Positions 28,170-41,763 of a DNA stretch of 64,000 nt are shown piece by piece. The DNA comes from the human T2T-CHM13v2.0 reference genome, Homo sapiens. Position 1 is the stretch's first letter. Each line of letters begins with the position of its first letter. The stretch is from assembly GCF_009914755.1 (NCBI RefSeq), contig NC_060934.1. One strand, given 5' to 3'. Below the pieces are notes generated by a model. That model had not been told where the DNA came from, did not search any database, and saw nothing but the letters and a program-made list of their open reading frames with translations. The translations under genes and the position numbers were made by a program.

Positions 28170-29120
28170 AATAGACTTTATTTTTTAAAGCCGTTTAGGT
28201 TTATAGAAAAATAAGTGAAATTACAGAGTGTTTCCATGTGAGCTCGCACTTCCTAATTTCCCCTGCTATTAATATCTTGCATCAGTGTGGGACATTTGTT
28301 GATGATTATTGAGCCACCCTATCATTAAAGTTCATAGCTTACATTTAAATTCACTTTTTTGTTGTACATTCTACGTTTTTTGACAAACATATAAGGATAT
28401 GTGTCCATCGCTGTTGTATCATACATAGCAATTTCACTGCCCTAAAAATCCTCTGTGTTCCACCATGTTATTCTTTTTTCCCTACTTCTATTCCCTAACA
28501 ACCACTAGTCTTTTGTGCTGTCTCCACATTTCAGAATGATATAAAGATGGAATCATAAAGCATGTAGCATGTTCAGATAAGGTTATTTCACTTAGCAATA
28601 GGAATCTAAAGTACTTTAATAAAGTTTTATAACTTGATAGCTCACTTACTTTTGTCGTTGAAAAATACTCTATTGTGTGAATGTACCACAGCTTGTTTAT
28701 CCATTCACTTATTTAAGGACAGCTTGGTTGCCAGGAAGTTTTGGCAACTATGAATAAAGCTGCTATAAACATTTGTGTGTAGAATTTTTTGTGGGCATAA
28801 GCTTTCAACTCATCTGGGACTTTTTTCAATTCACACCAGGGAGTGTGATTGCGGGATATATACTAAGAGTATATTTTGTTTGTAAGAAACTGCCAAATTA
28901 TTTTCCAAAGTGACTATATTATTTTGCATCCCAAAGAGCAATAAATTCTTCATGTTCTCACCAGGTTTTGGTGCTGTTGATGTCTTTCATTTCTGGCTAA
29001 TGAAAAGTTGGTGTGTAGTGGTGTCTCATTGTTTAAACTTGCAAATCCCTAGTGGAATATGAAGTTGAGTATCTTTTTAAAATGCTTATTTGCTATCTGT
29101 ATCTCTCCTCTGATGAGTTG
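28170..29120 (-). mobile_element. L1MC-type 3' end, antisense
   Basis: aatagactttatttttt...aatttcactgccctaaaaatcctctgtg...atgaataaagctgctataaacatt. Confidence 0.8.
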
Positions 29121-29124
29121 GCCA

Positions 29125-29325
29125 AACGATTGAAGCCTTTAAGAACATAAACTAAAGTTTATGAGGCAAGAAGCAATTCTGCTTCAAGACTACAGCGTCC
29201 ACTCTTTCCTGAGTTTCTAGACTACCAGTTTGCCCTACAGATTTTAGGCATGTAAGCACCCACAATTATGTGAGCCAATTCTTCAAAAATATTTTTACTT
29301 CTCTCTTTCTCTCTCTATATATACA
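29125..29325 (+). mobile_element. MLT2-type (ERVL) LTR fragment
   Basis: agaagcaattctgcttcaagactacagc...gccctacagatttt...cccacaattatgtgagccaattctt. Confidence 0.7.
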
Positions 29326-29359
29326 TATGGTTAGGGTTAGTGTTAGATATACAATTTTT

Positions 29360-29371
29360 TATATATATGTG

Positions 29372-29417
<46 letters not shown>
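29360..29417. repeat. (TA)n-(CA)n microsatellite
   Basis: Direct reading. Confidence 0.92.
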
Positions 29418-29539
29418 ATTTTCCCACAAAAATATGTTTTTATGATAGTTACATTTACCTATATAGTTAAATTAACTCATGTTTTTATTTCTGCCCATCT
29501 TCATATGGATTCAAGTTACTGACTAGCCTGAAAAACTTT

Positions 29540-32500
29540 TCCAGGCTGAAAGATTTTCTTTGGCATTTCTTATAGAAAGTGTAGGTTAACAATGATTTCT
29601 TTCAGTTTTGGTTTATATGGGAATGTATTAAATTCTTCATCATTTTGCGAGCTAGTTTTATGAATATAGAATTATTGGTTGACAGACTTTTTTTTAAAAC
29701 ACTTTGAATATGACATCTCATTGCCTTCTGGTTTCCTTGGTTTCTGATGAGAAAGCAGCTATTGATGTTATTGAAGATCCCCTTTCTTAAATCAGCCTCA
29801 TTTTTCTTCCTACTATCCAGACCCTGTCTTTGTAGTTGTATTTAGAAAGTTGATTATCATGTGTCACGGGGTGCCACTCTTTGAATTTATTCTAAAATAG
29901 TAAGAGTTTATTCTTTGCTTTCATTGAATTTCTTAGAAGTGGAGATTAATGTTTTCTATAAAATTTAGGAAGTGTATGGCCATTATTTCTTCAAATATTT
30001 TTTCCAGGCTTTCATTATTTCCTTCCCTTTTGACACTCGCACCATGCATATATTGGTATACTTGATGGTGTCTGGAATCCTAAGATTTATTTTTCTTTTT
30101 CTTCTTTCTGTTCCTAGCATCAGATAATTTCAACTGACCTATCTTCAAATTTGCTGCTTCTTTCTTCTGCTATGTCGAACTACTGTAAACCCCTGTAGTA
30201 TTTATTTTTCTTTCTCAGTTATTGTACTTGTGAAGGAAAAAAGAACTGTTTTTTCCTTTTACCCTTACATACCACTTGATAAAACAGTTCACCTCTGATC
30301 ACAAAAATGTGTCGGAAATTTTCTGTCATCAACAATCATCTCTCCAATGGACGTCAACTGGGTGTCTGATAATTCAATTTAATTCTCTAATACCTATCAA
30401 TAGTGTCAGATCCCACAGGTTGAGGACTCGGTCCCACAAGACTTCACCCCATTTCAGATATTAGTTGCAAAACCCTGGTTGTGAACTGTGCTTCTGACCA
30501 ACTGGCTATAATTCCAGATTTCCACAACCCTTCCTTGGGTTCAATTAATTCGCTAGTGTCTCATAGAACTAAAGGAAGCACTTACCTTAAGTGGTTTGTT
30601 AATAAGGGATTTAAAAAGAATAGGGATGAACAACCACACGGAAGAAATGCATGTGCCAGTGTACGCAGAAAGGCGCAAAGAGCGGCCATGCCTTTTCCAT
30701 CATATGACACTCTCCAGGAACCTCCAAAGAGCTATCTGTAAGCTCTTTGAACCCTGTCTTTTGGGTTTTTATGGCGGCTTCATTATGATTGGTTACATCG
30801 CTAGCCATTGGTGATCGACTCAACCTTCAGCCTCTCTTTCCTCTCCGGAGGTTGAAGGTGGGGCTGAAAGTTCTAATCTTCTAATTACATGGTTGATTTT
30901 CCTGATAACAGGCCACTCATCCCAAGGCTGTCCAAGTGCCCTCAGCCTCCAGGCATTTCATTAGCATGTAAAAAGACACTTATCACTTCAGAAACTATAA
31001 GGATTTTAGAAGCTGTGTGCCAGGAACCCAGGGCAGAGATAAAATATATATTATATCATAATATTACAGTTCACACCCTAATCTCTGGCCATGGACTCCT
31101 TACAGAAAAAAAAGATATACAACTCAAAAGACATGGACATATGATAAGAATTCCATTTAATTTTTGGTAATTACTCCATTCCGCCTTTAAATTGCATGAA
31201 AATGTCTCTGAGTGAGGCTACTCAGATTTTTAAATTTCCACTCAATCTTGTCAAGTTTTAAAAGCAAGAGTAGTGTCATCAATATATGGCTTCACTTTTC
31301 CAGGCATCTGGTATAATTGAGGTACGAGATAATATCTTTTGCTTTAGGCCTCTTTCAAGGTGTTAATGTAATATCCTATTTCTTGTATTACATAATCCAT
31401 GTATTCATTCTTTGCTCTCAGCTACTCTTCTACTTTCTCTTCATTTAGACTTTTCAACTCCAGGATTTCCAGTTAATTCTTTTTTAGTAATAGTTATCTC
31501 TATCTTGGTATTCTTTATTTGATAATACACTATTGTCATGCTTTCCTTAACTTCTGTGCATGGCTTCATTTAGCTCTTTGAACATTTTTACAGCAGTTAA
31601 TTTAACATCTTTGTCTAGTAAGCCCAACACCTGTCCTTTTTCAAGGACATTTTTCATTGATTGATTTTCTTTTCCTATGCATCAGCCATACTTGTATGTT
31701 TTTTAAATGTTTCATATTTTTTTTTGAAAATTGACATTTTAAATAATGTTACAAGTTAAGGTTTCCTCCTCAGTCCCCTGGTTTATTATTGCTACTACTT
31801 ATTGCTGTTTTTAGTTGCTACTAGTTGTTGTTGCTGCTGCTGTTTTTGTTCAGTGACTCTCCAGAATTAATTCTTGAAAGTCTGTATTTTATAGAACAAG
31901 TGAGCATGGAAATCTCTTCTTGGTTGCCTTAGTGCTTTGCATAATTAAATCTCCCAAGCTGGATGGGGGGCTCTCTAAGCTTACTGCAGCATGCATCTAA
32001 TGCTTTGGGAGGCACTTCTTAGCTCTGACTTAGCCTTCACTTCCTGTTTGTACATAGCCATAAGGTCTTCTCAAATCTTTCCTGTGCAGCCTTGCATATG
32101 CATGTAACCATCTAGATTCCCAGGAATAAGCTGGAGCTTTTCAAAGCCCTCTTTGGACATCTATGTTCTAACTTAGTAAGTTCAGAGTCAGGTCAAATAA
32201 AACAAGCCCTGTGAATGGGAGTTTCCAGTGAACTCCTAGACAAGTCATATGGTAACAATTCTGTGTGGAAGGGGCTTTCAGAGAGCTACAAACTATTCTG
32301 ATTGTGCTGCTGCTTTTTCAGGCTGTTGGTTTTCAAGGCTGCCGCAGAGCTAGGGGAGGGGCTAGGAATAGGATAAATTAAAATGCCAAAAAAAGTATGT
32401 TTTATTAAAATTATTTTCCCATAAACATTATTTGGATTTTTGCAAGACTTTAGTTAATATCCAGGGTCCTGAAGGAGTGGATTTCGACAAGTTTCGCCAT

Positions 32501-32570
32501 TGTTCTTTTTGCTTTTATAGCTGAAGCGATTTTCAAATGTGATTACTCTTCCATATTGCTAATACTGCTA
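29540..32570 (-). mobile_element. Old L1 (L1MC/MD-type) ORF1 and 5' region, antisense, interrupted by MER21
   Basis: tatagaattattggttgacag, gtttctgatgagaaa, ggccattatttcttcaaatatttttt; the host motif cagttattgtact|tttcaactccag is split by the insertion. Confidence 0.75.
30229..31447 (-). mobile_element. MER21-family LTR (30229-31068) plus ~380 bp adjacent internal sequence
   Basis: gtgtcagatcccacaggttgaggactcggtcccacaagact, cttctgaccaactggctata, ccattggtgatcgactcaaccttcagcc; LTR end atatcataatattaca. Confidence 0.8.
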
Positions 32571-33988
32571 AAAATCATTCTTAACCATATGAATAATGGT
32601 AATTTTCAACATACTCTATATTGTATATATGACAGTCACTATGCTCAAAGCCAATTATTTATACACTGGTTCTTATTATTTAATCCTCAAAATAATGCCA
32701 GCTTTCATCACTATGGAACAAACAAGAACATTTTCTCAGGAAACTTCCCAAGCTCACACCAATCACACAGCTTGCTAATGAGAGAAATAATCACCTCTCT
32801 CTAATTCCAAATACTAAACTCATAGAATCAGTAGAGTTAAAATATTTGTGTCTGAGTCATATTTATATATATATGTGAAAATTTTTGGCAAACCATGGAA
32901 GACATTAAAAGGTAAAAATCAAGTTATTTATTTAAAAAATCTCCTATGAATGGTAATATCAGCTTTTCAAGTCTTCTTTAATGTTTACTACGTATATATT
33001 TCCCAAATAATACTTCTTACAAATTCAAAAGACTTAAGTTATACCCATTTCTAATGTGTGTACCATCGCATTCATGTAGCTTGATGCTAAGATATACCTC
33101 TCATTTCTCTATCTTAGCAAGTACTCATTTCTACCCTATGCCAAAAACCCCACCCAGTTCAAAATCTAGGCAGACAGATATCATTGTATATTTTACGCAT
33201 CCTCCAGTGTAGAACAACAAATGGTTTTTGGTGAGCAAACTTTGGTAGCACATTTGTGAAGAAATAAAATGTATATAAACTAGAGTGATAGAGCTCATGT
33301 TTTGATTTAAAAAAATCTCAATAGCTCCTTCACACAGGCAGCATCAGAAGGGCCATTAGACAGTATTACTTAGCGCCTTTGCCTTTGTTTTTGCATTATT
33401 TTGTTTCATAAAGTAAATGTAGGAGTATTTATGTAAATTTTAGTTATCAAAAACATCTAAAAGGAATTCAGAAACATTTAGCACAATTTAAACACCATTG
33501 GTCGTGTTATTACTGTAATTTTGATGTTAGTTGTGCTCTCCAACACTAGCACTTCTAAATTTTGGATCATAGAGAGTGGGTTGGAAACTTAACACTTTTT
33601 AAATTCTCCAGATGTCTATTTCTAAGCCAATTTACTCAAAAATCATAATGTAACAAAAATGACCTTCTAAGTTAACAGGATTTATCTTTCAATAGTAAGC
33701 AACAGAAAGTAAGTCATTTGAAAACATACTGTAGATAAAACACCCACCTTTCAATCAACATTCAGAAAATACCCTTTATGTTGCTTTGGCCACACTCACA
33801 AACACACATAATAAACAGTAGAATAGCTGTAAACTACCAACATAAGATTTTTCCAAGTGTGATTTTTTAAATCTCATTTTTATACTAATGTAGTTATAAA
33901 AGCAGGGACAAATATGTGAAAATCATCACCACACTCACAGAGTTGCTTTAGAAATAACAAAGCATTCTTTTTAAATAGCATCTTCTCT

Positions 33989-36149
33989 GAAAGAGTGACC
34001 TCAGCAAGACAAAATAGGGGTTCTCTGGCTGCTCATGCCCCCAACAGAAACCCAACTATGAACTATCCACAGAAAAGAATATCTTCATAAATATCCCAGA
34101 ACTTGAGAATGAGGCTGAAACACTCCCTCAAGCTGAAAAACTGAAAAAAAGCCATATTCAGATAGAAAAGCCATATTGACCATGCCACCCACTCCTGCAC
34201 CAGCACAACACTGCACACAGAGGATTCCCCTCCTTTCAGGATTTCTATAGTGGGAAAAGTGAGTTGGAGGTGGACATTCAGCTTCCCCGTCATTCTGGGG
34301 TCCTTTGCTGGAGCCTCATGCCTGTTTTTTCCCATAAAAATCACTGGGAGCACTGACATGGCTAGACTACCTGGGGTAAGTTAGAAGCAAGAATGGGAGT
34401 GGCGCTCCCAATGACCAGCCCATGGACCTCAGCTGTTGTTTTGCATTCCAGTCCATGAAGGCACCATAACTCAGAGACCAGCCAACAGCCTTATGCTGCA
34501 GAAAGCATGGTCCATAGGTCTACCAGGCTCAAGTCTTTGGCCAGCTTCTCCACAGAGCCCTGGTGCTCTCCTCAAGGTTTCCACAGGACAGGAGGCAAGT
34601 GCAAGTCACCAATTACCCATAGAAGGAGCATATAGCCCCACTCAACAACAGCTGCTGAACAGTGACTCTACCAAGCCTCTGTGCCTTGCTAAGCCTACTG
34701 TTGGCTGAGAGGCAAACCCAAGCTCACACATATCTGTGGAGCATAACCTCTGACCCCAACACCAGACGTGGCCACGTTAAAACCCAGAGACCTCACCCAG
34801 CCTTGAAGCTCCAGCACATGGCTATGCCCAATTACAGATCCCCAAAAACAGTGTTGCCTAGCCAGGAGAACAACCTGCACAACCTGATCAGAGATAATTA
34901 CAAAGCCCAGACAGCAACTGGTAGAGTCCAGCCAGTAGTATCTTCAGCACATGGAGCACAGTCAGCAGTACCATTCAACATCAGAGCACAGGAAGTGACC
35001 CAGCACAACTAGAGAACCTGACGCCAAGGTTCTCTGCCTGTCCAGGGTTGCTACCAACTGACCCATCCAAAATCCCAGGCTAGACCAAATAATAAAGGTC
35101 TGTCACCACCAAAGGACACCTGCAAAGGCCTGAGGAGTTGGCCATCTCCTCAGATGCACAGGCATCAATGTAAGGAAACAAAGATTATGAAAACTCATGG
35201 AAATATAACACCGCCAAAAGAAACCAATAAAGCTCTAGTAACAGACCCCAGAAGAAATGGAGATCTATGAAAAGACTGACGGAGAATTTAGAATAGTCCT
35301 TTCAAAGAGGTACAGTGAACTCCAAGAAAATATAAATAGAAAATTAAGTAAAATTTGAAAACTATTTATGAACAAAATGAGAAGTGTGACAGAGAGATAA
35401 ACAATTTTCAATACTGTTATTATGAATAATTATATGGAGTTTCCTCAGAAACCTAAAAATAGAACCACCATATAATCTAGTAATTCCACTTCTAAGTTTA
35501 TATCCAAAGGAACTGAAATCAAAGGATATCTGCACTCTCATATTTATTGCAGCATTATTCACAATAGCCAAGATATATAATCAACCTAAGCATTCATCAG
35601 TGAATGAATGGATAAAGAAAACATGGTATATATTCAGAATGGAATACTATTCAGCCTTTAAATGTCAATGACAGGATTTCCTCAACAGATTGAATAAATC
35701 TGGGAGGATATTATGTTAAGTGAAATAAGCCACACACAGAAAGATAAATACCACATGAGCTTACTTATATGTGGAATCTAAGAATTGAACTCATAGAGTA
35801 TAGAGTAGAATGGTGGCTACCAGGGGCTGAGGATTGGGAAGGGAGAGAATGAGGAGTTGTTGATCAAAGGGTACACAGTTTCAGGTAGAAGGGAGAAATA
35901 GGTTTTGAGATCTACTGTAGAGCATGGTGACTATAGTCAATAATATTGTATTGTATATTTTAAAATAATTAGGAGGGTAAATTTCAAATGTCTCATCATA
36001 AGAAATGATAGGTAAGAGAGGTGATGGATATGTTAATTAACTTGATTTAATCGTTCAAAATTGTATACATGTATCAAACATCACATTGTACCCCATGCAT
36101 GTATAATTATGATTTATCAATGAAAAATACCATTAATAATAAAATAAAT
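33989..36149 (+). mobile_element. L1MA-type element: 5'UTR and start of ORF1 fused to ORF2 end and 3'UTR
   Basis: ORF1 start (ggaaatataacaccgccaaaagaaaccaataa...gaaatggagatctatgaa) runs at ~35411 into the ORF2 C-terminus (tatggagtttcctcagaaacctaaaaatagaacc); A-rich tail; TSD aaatagcatcttctct / aaatagcatattttct. Confidence 0.85.
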
Positions 36150-37143
36150 AAATAGCATATTTTCTACATAGTATAATTTGCAAAACTCGATCAGTGAATT
36201 CCTTATTTCTTTAAATACATTAAAAAAATTTAAAGGGTATGCTTATTTTTATAGTATAGTTACTATTTTAAGGTTCTAATACACAAAAGCAATTTTATAT
36301 CCTCTAAACATATTGATGCCCTATTGTTTTCATATATTTTATAGGCAAATTTCTCAAGTCAAATATTTTGAGGCCTTTCTTCCACCTTTTAAAATGTTGT
36401 CGCTATCAATGGTTTTAAAAATAAAAAATTTTCTTGAGTTAGGTTAGACTATGAAAATCACCTTTATTTTATGAGGCAGGATTTAAGAGGAAGTTTCAGT
36501 GAATATGGTGACTACATTATTCATATTCATTGTCTATCAAATACTGTAAAATTTTATTCCCTCCAAACCATTTCTTTAGAAATGTACACACTTTTGTGGA
36601 AGTACCTTCTTGGCAACAATTACAAAGTAAATTATTTCAATATAATCATTCATTCAGGATAAACCAATAAAAAATTCAGCCCATTTTCCATAGTGAGCAC
36701 AATTCATGAGGTTCATAAAAAAGTATATGTCAAGAAATTAGCTTTGTGTCATTGACACCAACGTGAAATAGCATATAACTAATGAAACAAGTGACAAGAA
36801 ACTAATGAAATATCAAGAAGAATTAATATGATGCCCTTCCTACTTCTAAAAGCATTTAGGGAAAAGGCCCAAACTCTAATAGATCATATCGGGTGATTAT
36901 CTCCAGCTTGTAATTTTAAAACAATCATTGATCATGTGCAAGGGATTTGCTAAAAGCCATGCCTTTACTGAAGTTAAGAACCTTTCTGCATGTGATGACT
37001 TTGAAATACGTGATGTGTCAGCTGCCAGCAATGCTAATTTCAGACAGGAGAAACCAGGCCCTATGAATTACTAAACTGCCTCTCAGTATGAGTTCTACAT
37101 TGCAGCATTTATTCTGAGTTCTGATTTATGGAGAAATATTCAG

Positions 37144-37229
37144 CCTCTCTCTCTCTTTGTCTCTTTCTCTTTGTCTCTGTCTGTCTCTCTCTCTTTCCCT
37201 CACTCTCTCTCTCATTCTCACTCTCTGTC
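37144..37229. repeat. Imperfect (TC)n microsatellite
   Basis: Direct reading. Confidence 0.85.
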
Positions 37230-40200
37230 CACAACATGCCATTATCAAATTATTACACAAATGTCTCAAAATGATTGTCTATTCTTGACAATTTTATAGC
37301 TTCTTTATAAAAACTTTTAACATCATTATTCTGTAGGAATTAATAAATGAGTTTCTAGGTTGCAAATAAGTAGAATACAATTTGGAGCAGAATATGCTTT
37401 AGGAATCAAACTCACCTCTAAAATGTAAAGAGAATGTGTTTGACTCAGATAATGAAATGAAGAAAAAAACTGGCATTTCTGTTAATACATTTTAGATCAC
37501 TTTTCTTATAATCACAATGACTTCTATAATGAAAAAAAAGTCCATTTGTCTTCAAGTAGAAAAGATTCTGCCACTTATCCATTTACCTATTTTAACTTTC
37601 TTTTTTATTTTTTTACATATTTAGTTTTGCACAGAAAATACCTACATTGATGTTTTTATGTTTGAGAAGTGTGCTTGTGACTATTTGCCAAATGCAAGTT
37701 GTTTTTTTTTTTTCTTTTTTTTCTCAGTTTCTGTATCACTTCTGGTTTCTCGCTTCTCCTAAATCCAGATAGGTTTCAACCGTAAGCCAGTAATACAGAT
37801 TGTGAAACAATTATTGATTGATCAGCAAGCTTACATCGCCATAAAAAGTCTCTAACGACAGATGTGTAAGAGGAGTGAGGTAAATGTGACTATTCTCATC
37901 CCACAGCTGATGACACCATGTCCGTAGCAGCTCACACAAGGGCTCATGGGTAAGGTCAGGCATAAAACTTGGGCGTTTTGAATTCTTGGTCATTGCTGTT
38001 TGTATGACGGTATATACCAACTTAAGAACTTCTGACATGTGCAATAATATTTAGCCAGAAAACATTGATTCTGACTCGAAAACAGCAGGCATGTGATCAT
38101 TACAGGAATTGTAGAAGGACATAATTCCCAAGTCCACAAATTGTGACTGCTAGTGAGATAGAAAATACAGGAACCTATCAAAGAAAAGAGAGATGTAAGA
38201 CCAAATTGCTAGGGAGTTCCTGAAAGAAGATAAAAAATAAAACTGTGATGAATAAAAGGAAGCAAAAGAGACAGAGGTTAAATAATAGGGCATAGGAATT
38301 CAAAAATAAACCTTAAGATAATAAATATAGTTGCATAAAACCAAGAGAGTTACTTCTCACAACTGTACCATGAATGGATACATAAGGTTACAGTGATGCA
38401 ATCCCTAAAGAATACTTGGAATCATCTGCAAAGTCATGACCATTTGGATAATGGGAGCACTTTCAGCTCAGGGATAAGACATTTGACACACTTATTTAAA
38501 AGATTTAACTTATAGCATAATTAACAAATATTCTTATGTTAATGTAATTTGTTAAAATTGCTACATATAAGGATGTGTGTAATAATATGACACCGTAGCA
38601 GTATTCCATGAACACACTACCTGAGGAAATTGCATTTCAGAGGACAGTCAGCATTACTAAAGATGATTAATGTTGATTATAAATTCCAACACCATACTTA
38701 TTCAATGTGAAATCATCACAAACTCTCTCCCCTCCCCTGCTGGCAATAGGACTAATAAGATGGCAAGCTCAGGACAATCAGGAAGCTGCTGACATGGTTT
38801 CTTTGCTAGAAAATTAGTGCTACCATCAACAAAATAAGGGCACCTGGAGCGGCTGGTTGACCTGGGGAGAGATGAAGGATAGACATGGGCGGCCATGACT
38901 ACGCTTGAGAACGTTTCTTTATGGAAGCTTCATCAATGAACACGTGTGTAGGCTCTGCAAAGCCGGGTCTCCCCAGGGTCAGTCTCAGCTCAACATCACA
39001 CTAAAGACATCATCATCTAAAGTTAATGTTCTTGGAAAATAATCTATCCATTTATTTTAGATCTTCTTCAAGTGATGAATCAGGGGGTGACATAGTCATT
39101 CACACATCTCAAATTTCCAAAAATGTTCTTCAGACATTGCTCGCTTTCCCCCATATTTCACACTTCTGTGTGTAATTTAACAGCAGCTGTTAAATTTCTT
39201 TCCCCCTTGTTTCTTCTTATGTCTTTGCTAGGATGATGCTTGTTTTCCTTCCCTCCCTCTGTGCCCCTGTCCCCACCTCCACTGCTCACAAAGGCTCAGG
39301 CTTTGAAAAGTGAGCCCCTCTTCCTCTCACTGGGGTCTTGGAACTGCCTTCTGCTCCTGCTTTGAATTTTCAAGTGAGCACAACTGGGCTGGAAATGTGT
39401 GAAACACAACCTCCGTCACATCAATTTCCCCCTAAGAAAACTATTTATCATGAAATTCTCTCTCAGACAATTGGGTAAAAGCAAAAGACAATGTTACTTG
39501 TATTCTTCTAACTAATAAGCCATCTCTCTTTGGCTTCACCTTCTGTACCCTTGGGGACAGAAGGCTGTGAATCAGCCTCCAAGTCACCACATTTCTCTGG
39601 GTGCTCCTCGGAGCTGCTATCCCGGAGCTGCTCCAGTGTTCTCTGCCCCCTACACTTCTCGTCCTTGTGCCTTTCACCAGCACACTCAAAAACTGATGTG
39701 CTATTTGCTTTTTGGTTTTGCTATTTGTTTTTGTTTTCTGACTCCTGCCTGGCCCTTCTTGTAATTCAAATTTCCTTTAAACAAGCAGACCGCACTAAGG
39801 ACTGGAGGGAAAGCCCTGGCCCAAGGTCTGGCTTCCACTACAGGGCAGGGCAAAGCCTTGAATGACCAGAGTGTTCCTTCCAGAACTTCCTTTCTCTGTC
39901 CAGGAAAAACTTAAAATCTTAAAGCAATCGGATGGGTATGGAATTTTTTCTGAAGACTGATTTCCAGATTGTGACTTCATAAAATAATGTATTAGTTGTG
40001 CTAGATGCATGGGAGGAATATGATGCATTATGTTTCCTATTCAGTATAGTTTTGATTGCAGATCCTGCCCCAAAGTACAGTGACAGTCTCATGGTTGTCT
40101 ACACAGCTTCTCTTAATCAAGAAAAATATTGTCAACTCACCCCTTTAGTATGGTTTTCAGCAAATAACTTCATTCCACTGATGTTCTTTTTCTGTAGGAT

Positions 40201-40880
40201 AAGGGCTATTCAGCCCATACATTTGAAACTGAATCACTGAGTTATTAAGGTTTATTAAAATGTATTATTCCTGAACTAAAATTAGCACTTTTGTGGAGTT
40301 CATAGAGGACTCCAATTAACAAACCTTCCATAAAGTCCACCTACTTCACTGCTGGGGGACAACGCAGCTTCCTAGTCAATGCCAGGGAGGAAACCCTGCA
40401 GTTGTAGGACGCTTGGCTCTTGTTTGTATCAATATTCTCCTAAGTTGGGGTTTAAAATGGCAGCTCTCCATTTAAAAAAATTAAATAGTACACTCTAATC
40501 ATTTTCAAGTTAAGCACTTTGACTTGGTTAATCCATAATGTGATTTTATCAATTTGCATTAAGTGCTCTTAAACATGTGTGTGTGACGGCAAAATTGTTC
40601 AGCATCCTTATCTCATTATGAAGAAAGTTTTAACATTATCTCTCCAAAAATTTCTTTGGACATGACATTTCTTTGTGTGTCACTGATATCTTTTTCAGAG
40701 AAAAGTGGGGAAAAGGAGATTTTGGATTGTGGAAATTTTTGCTCCTTCTTACTTGCACTCTCATTTAAAAAGTATAAAATCACTGTTCTGGAAAGCAATG
40801 GATTAGTAGGAATGAGTTGTTGGTAGTGGCAGTAAGAATAGCAATCACATACTCTAAGCTTATAAATATTTTCTTAATTA

Positions 40881-40943
40881 TTAGGTTGGTGCAAAAGTAA
40901 TTGCAAACATTATGTTGGTGCGATTACTTTTTCACCAATCTAA
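40881..40943. mobile_element. MADE1 (Hsmar1-derived MITE), shortened centre
   Basis: TIRs ttaggttggtgcaaaagtaattgc / gcgattactttttcaccaatctaa flanked by TA on both sides. Confidence 0.92.
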
Positions 40944-41763
40944 TATTTTTCTTTTTATATCTCCACTTATTTGCACAGTAAACGTATCCAGGCAATGGTC
41001 TTCAATACTGGAAACAGTCTAGATTGTGCCCTTGCATTTGGTAAATGGGACGATTGGTCATTTGTTTGTTCTTTCTCTTCTCTCTGACTCCCTCTCTGCC
41101 AGTTTCCTTTCTTCCCTCACTGACCTGACCAGGAACTTTTACAAGCAAAAATTTCTTCTTGTAGAAGGATACAGCAAGACATTCAATTTGAGGTTGCATA
41201 GTTGACTTTGATTTCGCCGTTCAGGTTAGCTTGCATTGTTAACAATTGGATGTGGTGGAAGATGTCTCAAAGCTTTAGCCACCACTGGGTGGGAGGAAAT
41301 AGTTATGCTTAAGCTCTGATAAACAAGAAGGTGCATTCTAGAAACTTTAACATAAAGCTGGATCCCAGGTCACCCTCCAAAAAAATTACAAGAAACATTC
41401 CCTTTTCTAAATCCAACTGGACATCACTACATTCTCACTTCACACCAGATAAAAAGATAGCTGAAGTTGCACTTCCCTGGCAGCATACTGCACTTTCTTC
41501 TAAAGAAAAGCAGTTGGGGTTTGAGAATTTTGATTATGTCAGCACATCTGTAATCACAGCTAAGCTCCTGCTGTATGTGATTTTGGTCTGCGTGATAGTT
41601 TATAGATCAGGAGTGTTTTGCAGGGCTCTGAAAAGGTGGGCAGAAGGAGACAGTGGAAATGTGAGTGGTTTTGAGACCTAACTTTGCTCCTGGTCAGGGT
41701 ATGCCCCTCGGCTGATCCAGCCAAGGACTATGCGTGATTGGAAACATTGTAGGAAAGAGGGGT

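Noticed and set aside
34063-35012. Cluster of 60-116 aa ORFs
   Set aside because: They fall in the GC-richer L1 5'UTR; no homology recognised
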